A stretch of DNA of 64,000 nucleotides. Origin: Chiloscyllium plagiosum (lineage: Eukaryota). The notes beneath the pieces are model-generated. The model had not been told where the DNA came from. It ran no database searches and saw nothing but the letters and a program-made list of their open reading frames with translations. Positions 1-13,859 of this stretch are shown one piece after another. The stretch is from assembly GCF_004010195.1 (NCBI RefSeq), contig NC_057710.1, forward strand, positions 148,177,548 to 148,241,547, read 5' to 3'. Position 1 is the first letter of the stretch, and each line of letters begins with the position of its first letter. Position numbers and translations under genes: made by a program.

Positions 1-1119
1 ATACATTCAGAGCTGAACAAGCAATTGATGGGCAGAGCATTTGGCTGAGTCATTAAAAGGCGAGAGTTCAAAGAAGAAACAATTATGGATTCAGAAATGC
101 AGTTTCTTGCAGGAAAATATTATTGAAACAAAAACAAATTGACGATTTCCAATGTGATTGTGTTCTCCTTGAGAAGGACAAAAAAGTTCGGAGAACAAAT
201 ACCAAACACAATGGTGCTGACAGTATTTATCTCATACATCTAAATTAAACTCCACCCATCTTTCCTTAGCCCACTGCCGTGTTGATCATGAACCTATTAA
301 ACTCTTAGGTGTCCTTTACTGTTTATTATATCACCAATTTTGGTTTCATCTGCAACCATCATCATCACGCCTCCTAATTTCTCATTCAAATCTGAAATTA
401 AAGGTCTGAATAGGACAATGAATGAATTCTTAATAATGCCAAAAAGAAAATGGTTTGAAAATTAATGAGTGGTCCACACAGCCAATAACCCAAAGCAACA
501 GTTGAAATCTTCACACAACTGGAACATGGAGCAGGATGGAGATCTGGCCTTTAGAAGACAAGATTGAAATAAACATAAATTGTTCTTCTACAGTTCTTTA
601 TTCCCAACTTCTTCCTCATTGTCTTTCCCGATTCACAAATTTCCATTCAACTTTTATGCCCATTCTTGTTCAAATCTAGGACAGTAGATAGGGAAATGTC
701 AGAAGGAAAAACTTACTGCCGATATACTGCAAATATATAAAAATGAATTCAAACACCATTCAAAGAAAATGGGATTAAACAGCTTCAGGCTAAATTGGGT
801 CTTCAATCTTGTTATTCAGTTAAAGAGAAGGAGGATCTCATTACCTGAGCTTTCATTTTTACTGAGAGTTGTATAAAAAAGAAATTTCCTTATCTCGTCA
901 CTTAAAAGGGAAGAGAAAAGTCATCAAATAGATACAATCTAGCCAGCCACTGTCTTCTCAAAGTCACTTGCAAATTTAAGATCCAGTTATTTCTTCTTTA
1001 TAGTCAGATAGAGGATTTCAACTGGAAAGAAATTTATAATAATTGTCCATCCTTCATAAGCAGCCAGCAACGACAATCAATTTTCATTACAGCTTAGAAA
1101 GAAAAGGATTTTATGTATT

Positions 1120-2255
1120 AAAGTCACAAAGGTATATAGCACTGAAACAGGCCCTTCAGGCAAAGTAGTCCATGCTGGCCAGGTTTGTTAAACTGAACTA
1201 GTCCCATTTGCCTGTGTTAGGTCCATAACCTTTCCTATCCATGTACCTGTCTAAATATCTTTTGAATGTTATAATTGTACCTGCGTCTACCATGTCCTCT
1301 GGCAGCTTGTTCTATATGCACACCACCCTCTTGGTGAAAAGGTTGTCCCTCAAGTCCCTTTTAAATCTTTCCCTTCTTTTCTTAAACCTACACCCTCTAG
1401 TTTTGGACTCCCTTACCCTCAGGGAAAGGTCTTGGCTATTCACTTTATAATTTTGTAAACCTCTATAAGGTCATCCCTCAGGCTGCTATGCTTCAGGGAA
1501 AACATCCTAGCCAATCCAGCTTCTCCTTATAACTCAAACCTTCCAGCCTTGGTAATAACCTTGTAAATCTTTTTTCACACAATTCCAGTTTAACAACATC
1601 CTTCCTATAGCAGGACAACCAGAATTGTATGCAATATTCCAAATATGGCCTAACCAGTATATTGTACAGCTATAACATGACATCCCAACTCCTGTACTCG
1701 GTGCTCTGACCAATGAAGACAACATGCCAAATGCCTTCTTCACCACCGTGTCTACCTGTGGCACCATTTTCAAGGAACTCTGTGCCTGCACCCCTTGGTC
1801 TCTCTGCTCGACAATACCCCCAGGGCCCTATCATTAACTGTGTAAGTCCTGCCCTGATTTGTCTTATCAAAATGCAACACCTCTCATTTATCTAAATTGA
1901 ATTCCATCTTGACGTTCCTCAGCCCACTGGCCCATTGTACTCTGAGATAACCTTCTTCACTGTCCACTGTACTACCAACTTTATTTTCATCTGTAAATTT
2001 ATGTACCATGCCTCCTATATTCTCATCCAAATAGATTATATAAATGACAATAACAGTGGGTCCAGCACCAATCGTTACTCACAGGCCTCCAGTCTAAAAA
2101 TAACCTCTACTATCATCCTCTGTCCCCTACCATCATGCTAATTTTGCATCTAATTCGCTAATGTTTCCTGGATCCCATGTGGTCTAACCTTACTAACCAG
2201 TCTAGAATATGGTACCTTATCGAAAGCCTGGTTAAAGTCCATGTAGACGTCATCC
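1120..2255 (-). mobile_element. CR1/HER1-type LINE, 3' fragment
   Basis: Minus-strand remnants (VVKKAFGML, EYRSWDVML) and the same 3' UTR as the other CR1 copies in the window. Confidence 0.9.
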
Positions 2256-3167
2256 TTCTTGGTAATCATAATCTATTACATGTTTTTGATTTTTAAAGGT
2301 GATCCAGGTGTTTTCATTCTTCTATTTCAATTCTTTCTTTTTGAACTGTTTTTAACTAGAGTAAATCACTTATGCCAGCAAGTCCACTTTCAGTGAGGGA
2401 TTCCTTATTCCTGCTTAAGTGAACCTCCAGTTAATGCAAAATATTAAACACAATTGTTATGCAATTAAGACTGAGGTCCAGTGTGGACATAACGTTATTA
2501 TTGAATCAGTGGGCTTATTGAGTCAGTGGGCTGTAGGCCATGACAAGTAGTTTAGCAACAAAGTGGACTTGAAGGTGCAAGCTGACCGGTTAGGCACATG
2601 CAACTGGGTAAGGACTGAGGCAGCCAAGTCAGAGAGGGAGCCAACCAAGCTGGAAAGCTGTTTTGATCAGGATGTGATAGTGGATGTTGGTGAGATAGTG
2701 GCAGATGTTATTGGTGGGGGGGGTGAGCATGTGTTAGTGATTGATGGAGGTTTGTGCTTATCAAAGCATGGGGTGGTGAGGAGCACACTTGCAGGATTAG
2801 TAGAGCATAATTTAAAAGTTTACCTTGTTGGTTGTGACCTGCTCTGGTTTCTTGACAGACCCCCTATGTGGCCACGTGTAGATTTTCATGAGTGGAGATG
2901 GTGCCTTGGGGCAAAGCAAACTTGAGCAGTGGGTGTGTGAAGTAAGTGCTAGTTTATAATTTGCAAACTACCTATCACTGTTTCAGACACCCACAGTGTC
3001 TAATGAATCTTTTGCCCTTTGTCAATATGGTGGACCATGTTGCTCCAGTTCATAATGAGATTGTGTTTTCTGCCCATTTTATTATAGGCTTAGGACTCTG
3101 TTTAGCTCTGAGAAAGGGGCTATTGCTGAGTTAGGTCTTTATTTCAATTCAGTATCAAAACCTTCTT

Positions 3168-3662
3168 AGAATCTTAGAAATTTAACAGAGAGAAGGAAGT
3201 CCATTGTGTCTGCTTTGGCTGATATGTTGCCATCTAGCTTAATCTCATTTTCCAGCTCATGGCCCATATTTTGTAAAATACAGCATTTGAGTCCTTTTCC
3301 ACTAATCGTTTAACTTTTATGATGGTTTCTGCTCTACCATCCTTTCGAGAGTGAGTTCCAGATCCCATCACCCTCTAGATGAGAAGATTGCCAATTGGAT
3401 CCACATTGCATAATCTGCCTCCTACCTGAATTCTACATTCCTTGGTTACAGAGCTCTCTTCAGATAGGAATCAGGTCTTTGTATCCACTCTACCTAACCC
3501 CCTAAAAATTCTATATGCATCATTCAGGTCTTCCCTCAACCTCTTCTGTTCTGAAGACAACAACTCTAGCCTATTCAATTGTTCCTTATGACCAAAATTC
3601 CCCAGTCAAGACAATGTCCTTATATTTTTCCAGTGAATCCTCTTGAGTGCAATCACATCATT
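3168..3662 (-). mobile_element. Old CR1-type LINE 3' fragment
   Basis: Degenerate match to the CR1 3' region (gagttccagat...ccctctagatgagaag; aacctcttctgttc). Confidence 0.7.
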
Positions 3663-4470
3663 GAGTCATCACTTTGCTAAAACATGCTTTTTCTGAAAGG
3701 GTTAAGAGTAGTGAATGTTGTTTTTTCAAGTTTGCAACGTTAAGCAAAGAAGTTTGGACAGGACTTCTTTAATTGAGGAAATTGGGTGCACAGATCAGAA
3801 ATCTAATTAACTAAGCCATCCCAGAGTAAAGGGCTTTGGCTTGCTTTTACAGGGAGGAGACGGGAAAATAATGCTTACTGATTTCACAAGCTCAGACTAG
3901 AGGAGAGGCACCTTCCCCCAGGGCCTGACAAGAACAACTTACCACCCATGCATAAACCCTGCGGCCAATTTAGCCTTTAAAATGTGACCATGGTAAGGAT
4001 CCTACACAATGCAAGTTTGAGCTGACTCCATTTATTAGTGGAATAGGCACAATAACCTAATTCAATACTGATGAATAATCTCACTTGGCAGGTGAGAAAT
4101 TCGCTAAATTGTCACCTTGAAGTAATGGGGATTGTCCTTCTGAGGTTGAACTGAGGTATATTTCACAGGCAAAGTGGAAACTCTACATTTGTTCCATGTG
4201 ACTTGAGAGCATTTGACTTAAAACTGAAATCTGTGTTTGTAATAGGAAATGGCCATCTTAGCACCTCTTAAAGGAACATATGAAATACAAACTGCAAGCA
4301 ATGGAGGTCCAAAGCAAAAGCTGACAATTCACTCTTGCAGAGATTAAACAGATTTAGAAATCTATAAATTACCGCTTCCAACATGAATACATTTAAGACC
4401 ATAAGAGTAGGCTGTTTGGTCTCTTGAGCCTGCTCTGACATTTCTCACGTCCAGTTTCCTGGTAATTAAG

Positions 4471-4752
4471 TTAGATTCTACACAGTGTGGAAACAGGTCC
4501 TTTGGCCCAACAAGTCCACACCGACCCCCCTCTGAAGAGCAACCCACCCAGACCCATTCCCCTACCTACCACTACAGGCAATCTAGCATGGACAATTCAC
4601 CTAACCTGCACATCTCTGGACGCAAACCAGAGCAAACCTGCACAGACACGGGGAGATTGCGCAAACTCTGCGCAGACGGTTGACCGAGGCAGGAATTGAA
4701 CCCGGATCCCTGGTGCTATGAGCCAGCAGTGCTAACCACTGAGCCACCGTGT
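4471..4752 (-). mobile_element. HE1-type V-SINE inserted in a CR1 3' fragment (about 4396-5152)
   Basis: Reverse complement of the tRNA-derived head (ggcacggtggctcagtggttagcactgctg), the V-domain core and the CR1-like tail. The flank encodes MRGDLIETHRILKGLDRV. Confidence 0.9.
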
Positions 4753-5696
4753 CTCCCCTACTGGTCAAGAACCTATCTCTTAAACATACATAAAGACTCT
4801 GCCCCCACAGCTCTCTGTGGCAAGGAATTGCAAGGAGATGCCAACCCCTGAGATTCCACCTCATCTCAGTCATAAATTGGCACCCCTTTATTCTGAGACT
4901 ATGCCCTCTGATCATAGACTCTCCTATGAGGGGAAACATCCTCTCAACATTTACCCTGTCAAGTCCCTTAAGAATCCTATGTGTTTCAATGAGATCACCT
5001 CTCATTTTTTTAAACTCCAGTGAGTAGAGTGTCATGCTGTATAGCTTTTGCTCAGAAGACCATCCCTCCATGCTGGAGTGATCTCTGAGCTAAACTACCT
5101 CCAATGAAATAATACCTTCCCTGAGATAAGCGGACCAAAACTGCTCACAGTAGAGGCTTCACATTTATTTGTCCATTATTTTAATGGCTGCTTTACTGTC
5201 TTTTGTAGATGTCATTTCAAACTGTATAAGCAGTTTTTATTTAAAATATATATTCTTTAAAAAGAAGTATAGATGAACTTCATTCTTAATCCTTGTGATG
5301 ACATTTGGAACTGTTTGTGGTTATTGATCAGGTTATTATGGACTTCTGAGTTATAGCACTTGCTAAAAACCTGGTGCTCCCCTACAATAGGAAATAATCC
5401 GAAACATAAAAGTGCTTCATTTGAAGTGATGTATTTGTTTGCAGGAGCCTACAATCAATTACTATCTGTTGTCAAACAAAATTACCCAGAAACAAGAGAG
5501 TACACAGCATATTAAAGCTAATACAGATACTGAGTGTATGTTGACTTACACAGTAAGTGTGTGTATTGGCATTACCTCATTTTTGTCCAAACACTCAATG
5601 AAGTCATTTTTATGCATGTTAAAGTTCAGATCCGCATTCATTTAGTTTGGGTTGTGAAATGCAATTTAACAAAACACAACAGAACTGCTCTTTACT

Positions 5697-6707
5697 TGTC
5701 TTCCAATTATTTTTTGGTGATTTCTCTGCTGAATGAAAACTCACTTCTCTCAGTGCAGTTACTGAGCAGGCTGTCAATGGGCTATTAAATGTCACATCCT
5801 CAAATGCATGATAATAGTACTAAGTGAAAATTAGAATCCCAACGGTGTGGAAACAGGCCCTTCGACCCAATAAGTCCACACTAGCCCTCTGAAGAGTAAT
5901 CCACCCAAACCCATTCCCCTACATTTACCCTGACTAATGCACCTAATCTACACAACCCTGAACACTATGGGCAATTTAGCATGGCCAATTCACCTAACCT
6001 GCACATCTTTGGATTGTGGGAGGAAACTGGAGCACCCGGAGGAAACCCACATGGACACAAGGAGAATGGGCAAACTTCACACAGACAATTGCCTGAGACT
6101 GGAATTGAACATGGGTCGTTGGTATTGTGAGCCACCAGGCCACCCAGAAAAGATATTGTACAGATGAAATAGCAGAAATGCATCAAACAGTAGATTATAG
6201 AAGTACAGGAAGTTACTTAGTTGCTTCAGTTCAGAAATCCATGCGATATTGTGAACAAGTCTCTGTGCATCTTATTATCAAAGAAGAAGGACAATACTAG
6301 AGGAGGTCCAGAGAAATTCAAAGCCGTAGAGGGAGTCAGTCGTCTCCAATACTCCACAAAGACAGTAGGCTGACTGTGTGTGACAACACTATCTTGACTT
6401 CAGTGGGGAGCAATACATTGAAGAGTGTGTGGACTGAATTCTTCCGACTTCAAAATCTTTAATGGTGGTCGTGTTTACTTCTGATTCAACGACCTAGTTG
6501 TGTGTATGGTGGGACTTTGGTCTGATCTCTGGGCAGTATCCTGGTTCCTAGATCACTGTGCATTTAGGGGTGATTCCAGGTTAGCAAATTAGCAATGCAT
6601 TTGAGGATGTGACATTTAATAGCCCATTGGTAGCCTGCTCAGTAACTGCACTGAGAGAAGTGAGTTTTCATTCAGCAGAGAAATCACCAAAAGATAATTG
6701 GAAGACA
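5697..6707. repeat. 113-bp inverted repeat (5697-5809 / 6595-6707)
   Basis: The arms are reverse complements with 3 mismatches. The 785-bp spacer contains a SINE. Confidence 0.9.
5831..6136 (-). mobile_element. HE1-type V-SINE
   Basis: Core ggcaatttagcatggccaattcacctaacctgcacatctttggattgtgggaggaaac. Confidence 0.9.
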
Positions 6708-8399
6708 TGAGGAGTTGCACCATGACTCAGTGACACCAGCCGAGAGACCATTTTGCAGGAACCAAGTAATATTTCCCAGGAACTGAGAAGTCGGTTAACA
6801 TAACCAAGAAGGTTAACATAACATCGATGAGCATGTCTCAAGTTATTGTGTCATCTTCGGGACCTGGGTCCTGTGCAGGAAGTGATTTAAGAACTTCTCG
6901 AGGGCTGATAAAGTGAGTATAGTACACTGGAATTATTGAGTGGCAAACATCTTCTTACCAGTCCTTTACATTGGAAGGCAGAAAGCAACATTTCTTTCAT
7001 CAACACAGTGAGATGTTTTAGCACGTTCCTTCAGAAGAATTCATACATTGAGACAATACTCATGCACAGAGATTAGATGCTGCCCTTGCTCTCCTCATTC
7101 TGTAGTGAAGTCTATGAAATGTCATTTTATCTTCAAACCACTGGACTGAAAAGTTGTTGGTGTGGGGTGATCAAGGCAACGGAAATTGACTTTGAGCAAC
7201 TAATGTCCTGTGAATGGTAACTTTGGTTGTCAGAAGGCTATAGTTGTATCTCTGTATTGATGGCATTAGCCATGTCTTCAATTGATAACTGTTTCCATCC
7301 AGAAGTCATTCATGCAGGACATCTGGTGACCTTAAAAGCTGAGGCACGTGATATAACCTTGGAATACAAGAGTTGTGGCAGCTGCCTGGAAGCGTGGTGA
7401 CATTTGCAGGATTCTTTTGTGGTGGGTCTTATACCAGATACGTTTTGAAGGAGTAGACCTCCTTTCTGTTGCCTGATAACCTTACTGGTCATATGTAGCC
7501 TTGATGTTCAAATGAGTCTTCTCTGTCACACCCTTCACATGAGGAAATCCTGGTACGGAAACAAAGCTGACAGCTCCTGTGAGCCTGAATGGCAGCATTA
7601 ACCAGGTGCAACATTGTTACTGCCAATAGTAATGTATCCTTTTACTACAGGGTCCTTTCAGACACACTGTAGTATTTTGATGCACAATGATGCCAGTGGT
7701 GTGGGTTCAGCCCTTATACTGACAGTGATAGTTCATGGAGAACTCCCTCCTTAACTTGCCCCACACTTGTGAAATGGTGCCCCTCGAGCTTTATACAAAC
7801 AGTTGACTATCTTTACTAGAGAGAGATGCTTATTGTCCTAAAAATGATCCCTCAGTTAACAATAGATCTTTGCATAGGTCAGTTGGTTCTCTTCCCATTG
7901 TTACATTACTTAAGCCAACAGATGTATCAGTCCAATATGACTTAAATTTAGCACCAGGATGTAGCAGCACTAGGAGAGAGTGAGAGGGTTTTATGTACTC
8001 GCATGATACAAGATACATCAGGAGCACCCAAGTGATTCATCAGTAGGAAGAAGTGCAATTCTTTGAATGTCCAAATGAATATTGCTATACTAAAGGATTG
8101 TACCTATGACCACAGAGGCTTCCAGGAATTGTACACGATAGCCACACCTTAAGAGACTGAGAGGGTTTCCTCCTTGTTCTAAGATGAAAAGTCGAATCCT
8201 CAGATCCTCTGCGATAGAGATTATCTTCTCAAAATATGTTTTGACACTGTTAATTGTTTCCAATTAGTTATTTCTCACTAACTCCTCTAAAATGTTCTCT
8301 TTTCCCTAGTAAAGAGCTTACAAAAATGTTTATTTGACGAACAAGAAACATTAGTTTTTTGATGTGGCTTCTCAACTAATAGCATACAATTACGGAAAG

Positions 8400-9880
8400 C
8401 AAACTAGAGACAAATGGAAGATATAGACTGTAGGGAAATAGATGGTGACATCTTGCAAAATGCCCAGATTACAGAGGAGGAAGTGCTGGATGTCTTGAAA
8501 TGGTTAAAGATGGATAACTCCCCAGGACCTGGTCAGGTGTACCTGAGAACTCTGTAGGAAGTTAGAGAAGTGATTGCTGGGCCGCTTGCTGAGATATTTG
8601 TATCATCGATAGTCACAGGTGAGGTGCCGGAAGACTGGAGGTTGGCAAACGTAGTGCCACTGTTTAAGAAGGGCGGTAAAGACAAGCCAGGGAACTATAG
8701 ACTGGTGAGCCTGACCTCAGTGGTGGGCAAGTTGTTGGAGGGAATCCTGAGGGACCGGATGTACATGTATTTGGAGAAGCGAGGACAGATTCGGGATAGT
8801 CAACATAGTTTTGTACGTAGGAAATCATGTCTCACAAACTTGATTGAGTTTTTTGAAGAAGTAACAAAGAAGATTGATGAGGGCAGAGCAGTAGATGTGA
8901 TCTATATGGACTTCAGTAAGGCGTTCGACAAGGTGACTGATTAGCAAGGTTAGATCTCATGGAATACAGGGAGAACTAGCAAATTGGATACAGAACTGGC
9001 TCAAAGGTAGAAGACAGAGGGTGGTGGTGGAGGATTGTTTTTCAGACTGGAGGCCTGTGACCAGTGGAGTGCCACAAGGATCNNNNNNNNNNNNNNNNNN
9101 NNNNNNNNNNNNNNNNNNNNNNNNNNNNNNNNNNNNNNNNNNNNNNNNNNNNNNNNNNNNNNNNNNNNNNNNNNNNNNNNNNNNNNNNNNNNNNNNNNNN
9201 NNNNNNNNNNNNNNNNNNNNNNNNNNNNNNNNNNNNNNNNNNNNNNNNNNNNNNNNNNNNNNNNNNNNNNNNNNNNNNNNNNNNNNNNNNNNNNNNNNNN
9301 NNNNNNNNNNNNNNNNNNNNNNNNNNNNNNNNNNNNNNNNNNNNNNNNNNNNNNNNNNNNNNNNNNNNNNNNNNNNNNNNNNNNNNNNNNNNNNNNNNNN
9401 NNNNNNNNNNNNNNNNNNNNNNNNNNNNNNNNNNNNNNNNNNNNNNNNNNNNNNNNNNNNNNNNNNNNNNNNNNNNNNNNNNNNNNNNNNNNNNNNNNNN
9501 NNNNNNNNNNNNNNNNNNNNNNNNNNNNNNNNNNNNNNNNNNNNNNNNNNNNNNNNNNNNNNNNNNNNNNNNNNNNTTTTCCCTGGGGTCGGGGAGTCCA
9601 GAACTAGAGGGCATAGGTTTAGGGTGAGAGGGGAAAGATATAAAAGAGACCTAAGGGGCAACTTTTTCACATAGAAGGTGGTACGTGTATGGAATGAGCT
9701 GCCAGAGGTGGAGGCTGGTACAACTGCAACATTTAAGAGGCATTTGGATGGGTATATGAATAGGAAGGGTTTGGAGGGATATGGGTCGGGTGCTGGCAGG
9801 TGGGACTAGATTGGGTTGGGATATCTGGTCAGGTTGGACCGAAGGGTCTGTTTCCATGCTGTACATCTCTATGACTCTGT
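8400..9880 (+). mobile_element. Relatively young CR1/HER1-type LINE, RT region and 3' UTR, interrupted by an N gap
   Basis: PEDWRLANVVPLFKKG..PGNYRLVSLTSVVGKLLE, DFSKAFDKV, SGVPQG. Tail ctctatgactct. Confidence 0.95.
9083..9576. other. Assembly gap (N run)
   Basis: Run of N inside a CR1 RT region. Confidence 1.
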
Positions 9881-10899
9881 GACATGGAAAAATTCTACAA
9901 ATTTACTTGGATATAAATATGAAGTGAAGTCACTATAGTCCCACTGGACTATCGGGTTGCTGTCTCATCAGAGACAGACAGCGTCTGGTGAGTTTAACCC
10001 AAGTGTAACCAGGCCTCAGACAAGATATGAGATTTAAAAGTCAAGACCTTCATGGTTGAGGTTATACTTCTCAATTTCAGTGTCTCCAACAGGAGAGCTG
10101 TGGTCTTCTGGGACTGTGGTGACTTAACTTTATCTTATGTAATTATGACAGATTTTTCTTCAGTGGCTACATTCTCTGAAATTCAGAAGGTTCTAATAGG
10201 AATGTCTCTAAGGGTAAATTATAAAAGTTATTTTCACTTGGCAAAGCAGTGGATCACTAATGTCCGATCTGATCTTGAGTGAGATTCAATTTCCAGTCCT
10301 ATCCCATAAGCAAAACAATTTTCTAAGCTCCTAAGCTTGACTATTTTAATTTTCTTAGATATGGGAACTTTTATTGAATTCTATTTAAAGTTCAATTCAA
10401 ATTCTGCAACTCACATCATATCATGTAGAAATTAACATTTATTCTTCACGTTAGTTCCAGCCAACTTCCATTGCCTGGCTATCCCCAGGATGTGAATTTA
10501 AGAACTATGTCCTTATTTGCAAGTATTTCCACTGCATCATTGCATTCTATGGTTGTGCAGTTTTCTCAAGGTTTACTTCCTCTATCCTTCTAAATCTGTA
10601 TTTGGGTCTGAGTTCTAAAATTCAAAATAAAGCATCAATTATTAAAAAGGAAACAAATGCAATAAATGCAGAAGACATTATTCAGGTACTTGGTTTTGTT
10701 AGTCTGCACAAACTACAGAATAGTTAATCAAATATCCAAATACCTAATAGCTCTCTTGAAATTCCTTATACAGGACCAGGTTAAAAATAACAGCCTGTAT
10801 TTACAAAGTACCTTTAAATACTGTAAATATATTTGTCATGTATCCATGCATTTTTTTTCATTCATGGAAATCAATTTTAAAACAAAAAAACAAAATAAA

Positions 10900-11796
10900 A
10901 AGAGAAGTACAGCACAGGAACAGGTCCTTCGGCCCCCTAAGCCTGTGTGGATCATCATGCCTGAACTAAACTAAAGAACAAACTTCTGCCCTTATTCAGT
11001 CTATATCCCTCTAATCCCTCCCTATCCATGTAACCATTCAGGTGCTTCTTAAGTGTCACCAGTGTGCCTGCTTCCACCATCTCTTTTGGTAGTGCATTCC
11101 AGATTCAGCCTACTCTCTGCATAAAAATCTTCCCTTGCACATCTCCCTTCAATCTTCTCCCTCTCACCCTTGAACCTGTGTTCTCTTGTAACTGAAACCT
11201 CAACCCTGGAAAAGAGCCTCCGACTATCCACCCTATCTATGCTTCTCATAATTGTGTAGATATCCATCAGATCTCCTCTCAGCCGCTATCTTTCCAGTGA
11301 AAACAATCCTAGTCTTTTTAACCTTTCCTCATAGCCAGTGCCCTCAAGACCAGGCAACATCCTGGTGAACCCTCTCTGCACTCTCTCCAAAGCTTCCACG
11401 TCCTTGTGGTATCATGGCAACCAACACTGCACATAATACTCTAAATGTGGCCTAACAAGGGTTTTATACAGCTGAACATGTTTTGCCAACTTTTGTACTC
11501 CATGCCCCAGCTGATGAAGGCAAACATGCCATATGCCTCCTTAATCACCCTGGGCCACCAGTCTTGCTACTTTTAGGGAACTGTGAACCTGCACACCCAG
11601 ATCCAACTATATTTTGAGGTTCCCAAGGGTTCTGCCTTTTACAGTATAATTCACACTTAAATTTGATCTCCTCTCAGCCGCTGTCTTTCCAGTGAAAACA
11701 ATCCTAGTCTTTTTAACCTTGCCTCATAGCCAATGCTCTCAAGACCAGGCAACATCCTGGTGAACCTTTTCTGCGCTCTTTCCAAAGCTTCCACGT
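10900..11796 (-). mobile_element. CR1-type LINE 3' fragment with internal 132-bp duplication
   Basis: Minus ORF IMRSIDRVDSRRLFSRV. 11270-11401 is repeated at 11665-11796. Confidence 0.88.
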
Positions 11797-12040
11797 GGCT
11801 CAGTGGTTAGCATGCTGCCTCACAAGGCCAGGGTCCCAGGTTCGATTCCAGCCTTGGGTGATTGTGTGGAGTTTGCACATTCTCCCTGTGTCTGTGATGG
11901 GTTTCCATCCACAGTCCAAAGATGTGCAGTTTAGGTGAGTTGGCTATGTTAAAAAGGGGAATGGTTCACTCTTCGGGGGGGTCATTGTAGACTTCTTGGG
12001 CCAAAGAGCCTGTTTCCATACTGTAGGGAATCTAATCTAA
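11795..12040 (+). mobile_element. HE1-type V-SINE (internally deleted)
   Basis: gtggctcagtggttagc head and gggaatctaatctaa tail. Confidence 0.88.
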
Positions 12041-13389
12041 CCTCTGGGCTGCTACTGAAAGCCATCTGACCTCTTCATTGTATTCCCACCTATGTGAGAG
12101 TTAAATTTGAGTATGCTAGCTTTTTAATGACGGAACGTGATTTCAGAAAAATAAAATAATTTTTTTAAAAATCTTTAATATCTTAGATATTTCAATTGAG
12201 TTAATTCTTACAGATTTCTTTCACTGTTTTGCACTGAGTTTTGACACCATTTGTTTCTTTGTTACAACAGCAGTTAGACTGCTCCACTGCAGAGGCAGCA
12301 CAACAATCTCTTCATCAGGTGGTCGGATTGTTTGTGGTTGAAATAATCATGATAGCAGTTGCAAATAGCTCTAAACTCCAAGTGTTGTTAAGCAGTGCCT
12401 CATTTGGAGATTGTTGTTGATACATACTATGGATTAAAATTGTGCAAAGTCTCTTATCAGTGAAAGAGGATGTTAATTCCAAAACGTTACATCAACAAAA
12501 TGTTATCTTGTCGCTAAGTTATGGGCGATTAATCTAAGTTCCAGGAGTCAGAAGATTTTGTTTTATCATGTTATGTGCACATGCTTAGATGTTAATGTAC
12601 CATGTTTCCCTCAGTAGAGTCCCAAGGTGCCAGTTAGCTCAACTTGTTCCAAAATAATGCTCCCTTTGCAAATCCTGTTCAGTGTGGGTGTTCCATGACA
12701 TTCCAAACCACACATCCTCAGTGGTGAAGCAGTGCTTTCCAGTTTCCTTAAAAGTTGTTTTTAATGTCCATCAACATGCATGGATTTGAAATTATTATAT
12801 TGAACCACTTCCTGTGTACGTTGTTCAAAGATGAGTAAAGTATTGCATGTAGTTTGAATATACGAATCACTTGGAGATTTAATGTGTGATATTACTATAC
12901 CATAGACTAAAAGACTTTGATTTAAATTGCAGCCCCAGCTGGACTCACACTTGAGCTTCTCTCAGGCGGCAAATTGCTGCTCTAAGACCAAGCAGCAGTT
13001 AGCAAAATAGCCAATGTCAAATAGAACTAAGGCTTTCTTTTCATTCTCTTTCTACCAACTTCCCTCCTACTTCTTTTCTGCAGTCGCTTTGCTGGAGTAT
13101 TGTTTCACGAGATTGAGTGCACTCTGGTATCCTGCCTCTGTAGCAATTCATTGTACGCATACCTTTCTTTACCCCAGAAAATAGTTCCACATTTATCTAT
13201 ATCAGGCTGTATTTGATTCGGATCTGTTCACTCTCAAACTGTTTCTGCTTTCAGGAATTCTTCTGTATCCTTTGAACATTTACCTTTCCTTAATTTGAGG
13301 AGATGTCCTAATGATTTTATGTTTGTTTTATACGTGTCCAAAATAATGATGTATAATGAAAATTAGAAGATCCAGCTGAAGCATATGAA

Positions 13390-13699
13390 GGCACAGTGGC
13401 ACAGTGGTTAGCACTGCTGCCTCACAGCGCCAGGGACCCGGGTTTTATTCCAGCCTCAGGCAACTGTCCCTGTGGAGTTTGCATTCTCCCCATGTCTATG
13501 TGGGTTTCCTCCGGGTGCTCCGGTTTCCTCCCACAGTCCAAAAATGTGCAGATTAGGTGAATTGGCCATGCTAAATTGCCCGTAGTGTTAGGTGAAGGGA
13601 TAAATGTAGAGGAATGGGACTAGGTGTGTTGCTCTTTGGAGGGTCGGTGTGGACTTGTTGGGCCGAAGGGCCTGTTTCCACACTGTAAGTAATCTAATC
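13390..13699 (+). mobile_element. HE1-type V-SINE
   Basis: Near full length: tRNA-like head, V-core, and gggccgaagggcctgtttccacactgta tail. Confidence 0.92.
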
Positions 13700-13859
13700 A
13701 TAATGTTATACACTGCTATCTGGTCAGCCTGCAACCTCTGACACTGTGGTGAAAATAATCCAAGTTTGTCCAACGTCTCCTTACAGCAAATACACTCCAA
13801 TCCAGGCAACAACCTGGTAAATCTCCTTTGCACCCTCTCCAAAGTCTCCATATCCTTCC

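Noticed and set aside
6720-7500. Possible Gypsy pol remnant (IHAGHL...KSCGSC, HHCC-like, near 7308-7390)
   Set aside because: Only one weak motif, too decayed to call without a profile search.
8957-9674. Long ORFs of 187-237 aa in the ORF track
   Set aside because: Artefacts of translating through the N gap. The flanks are CR1 RT.
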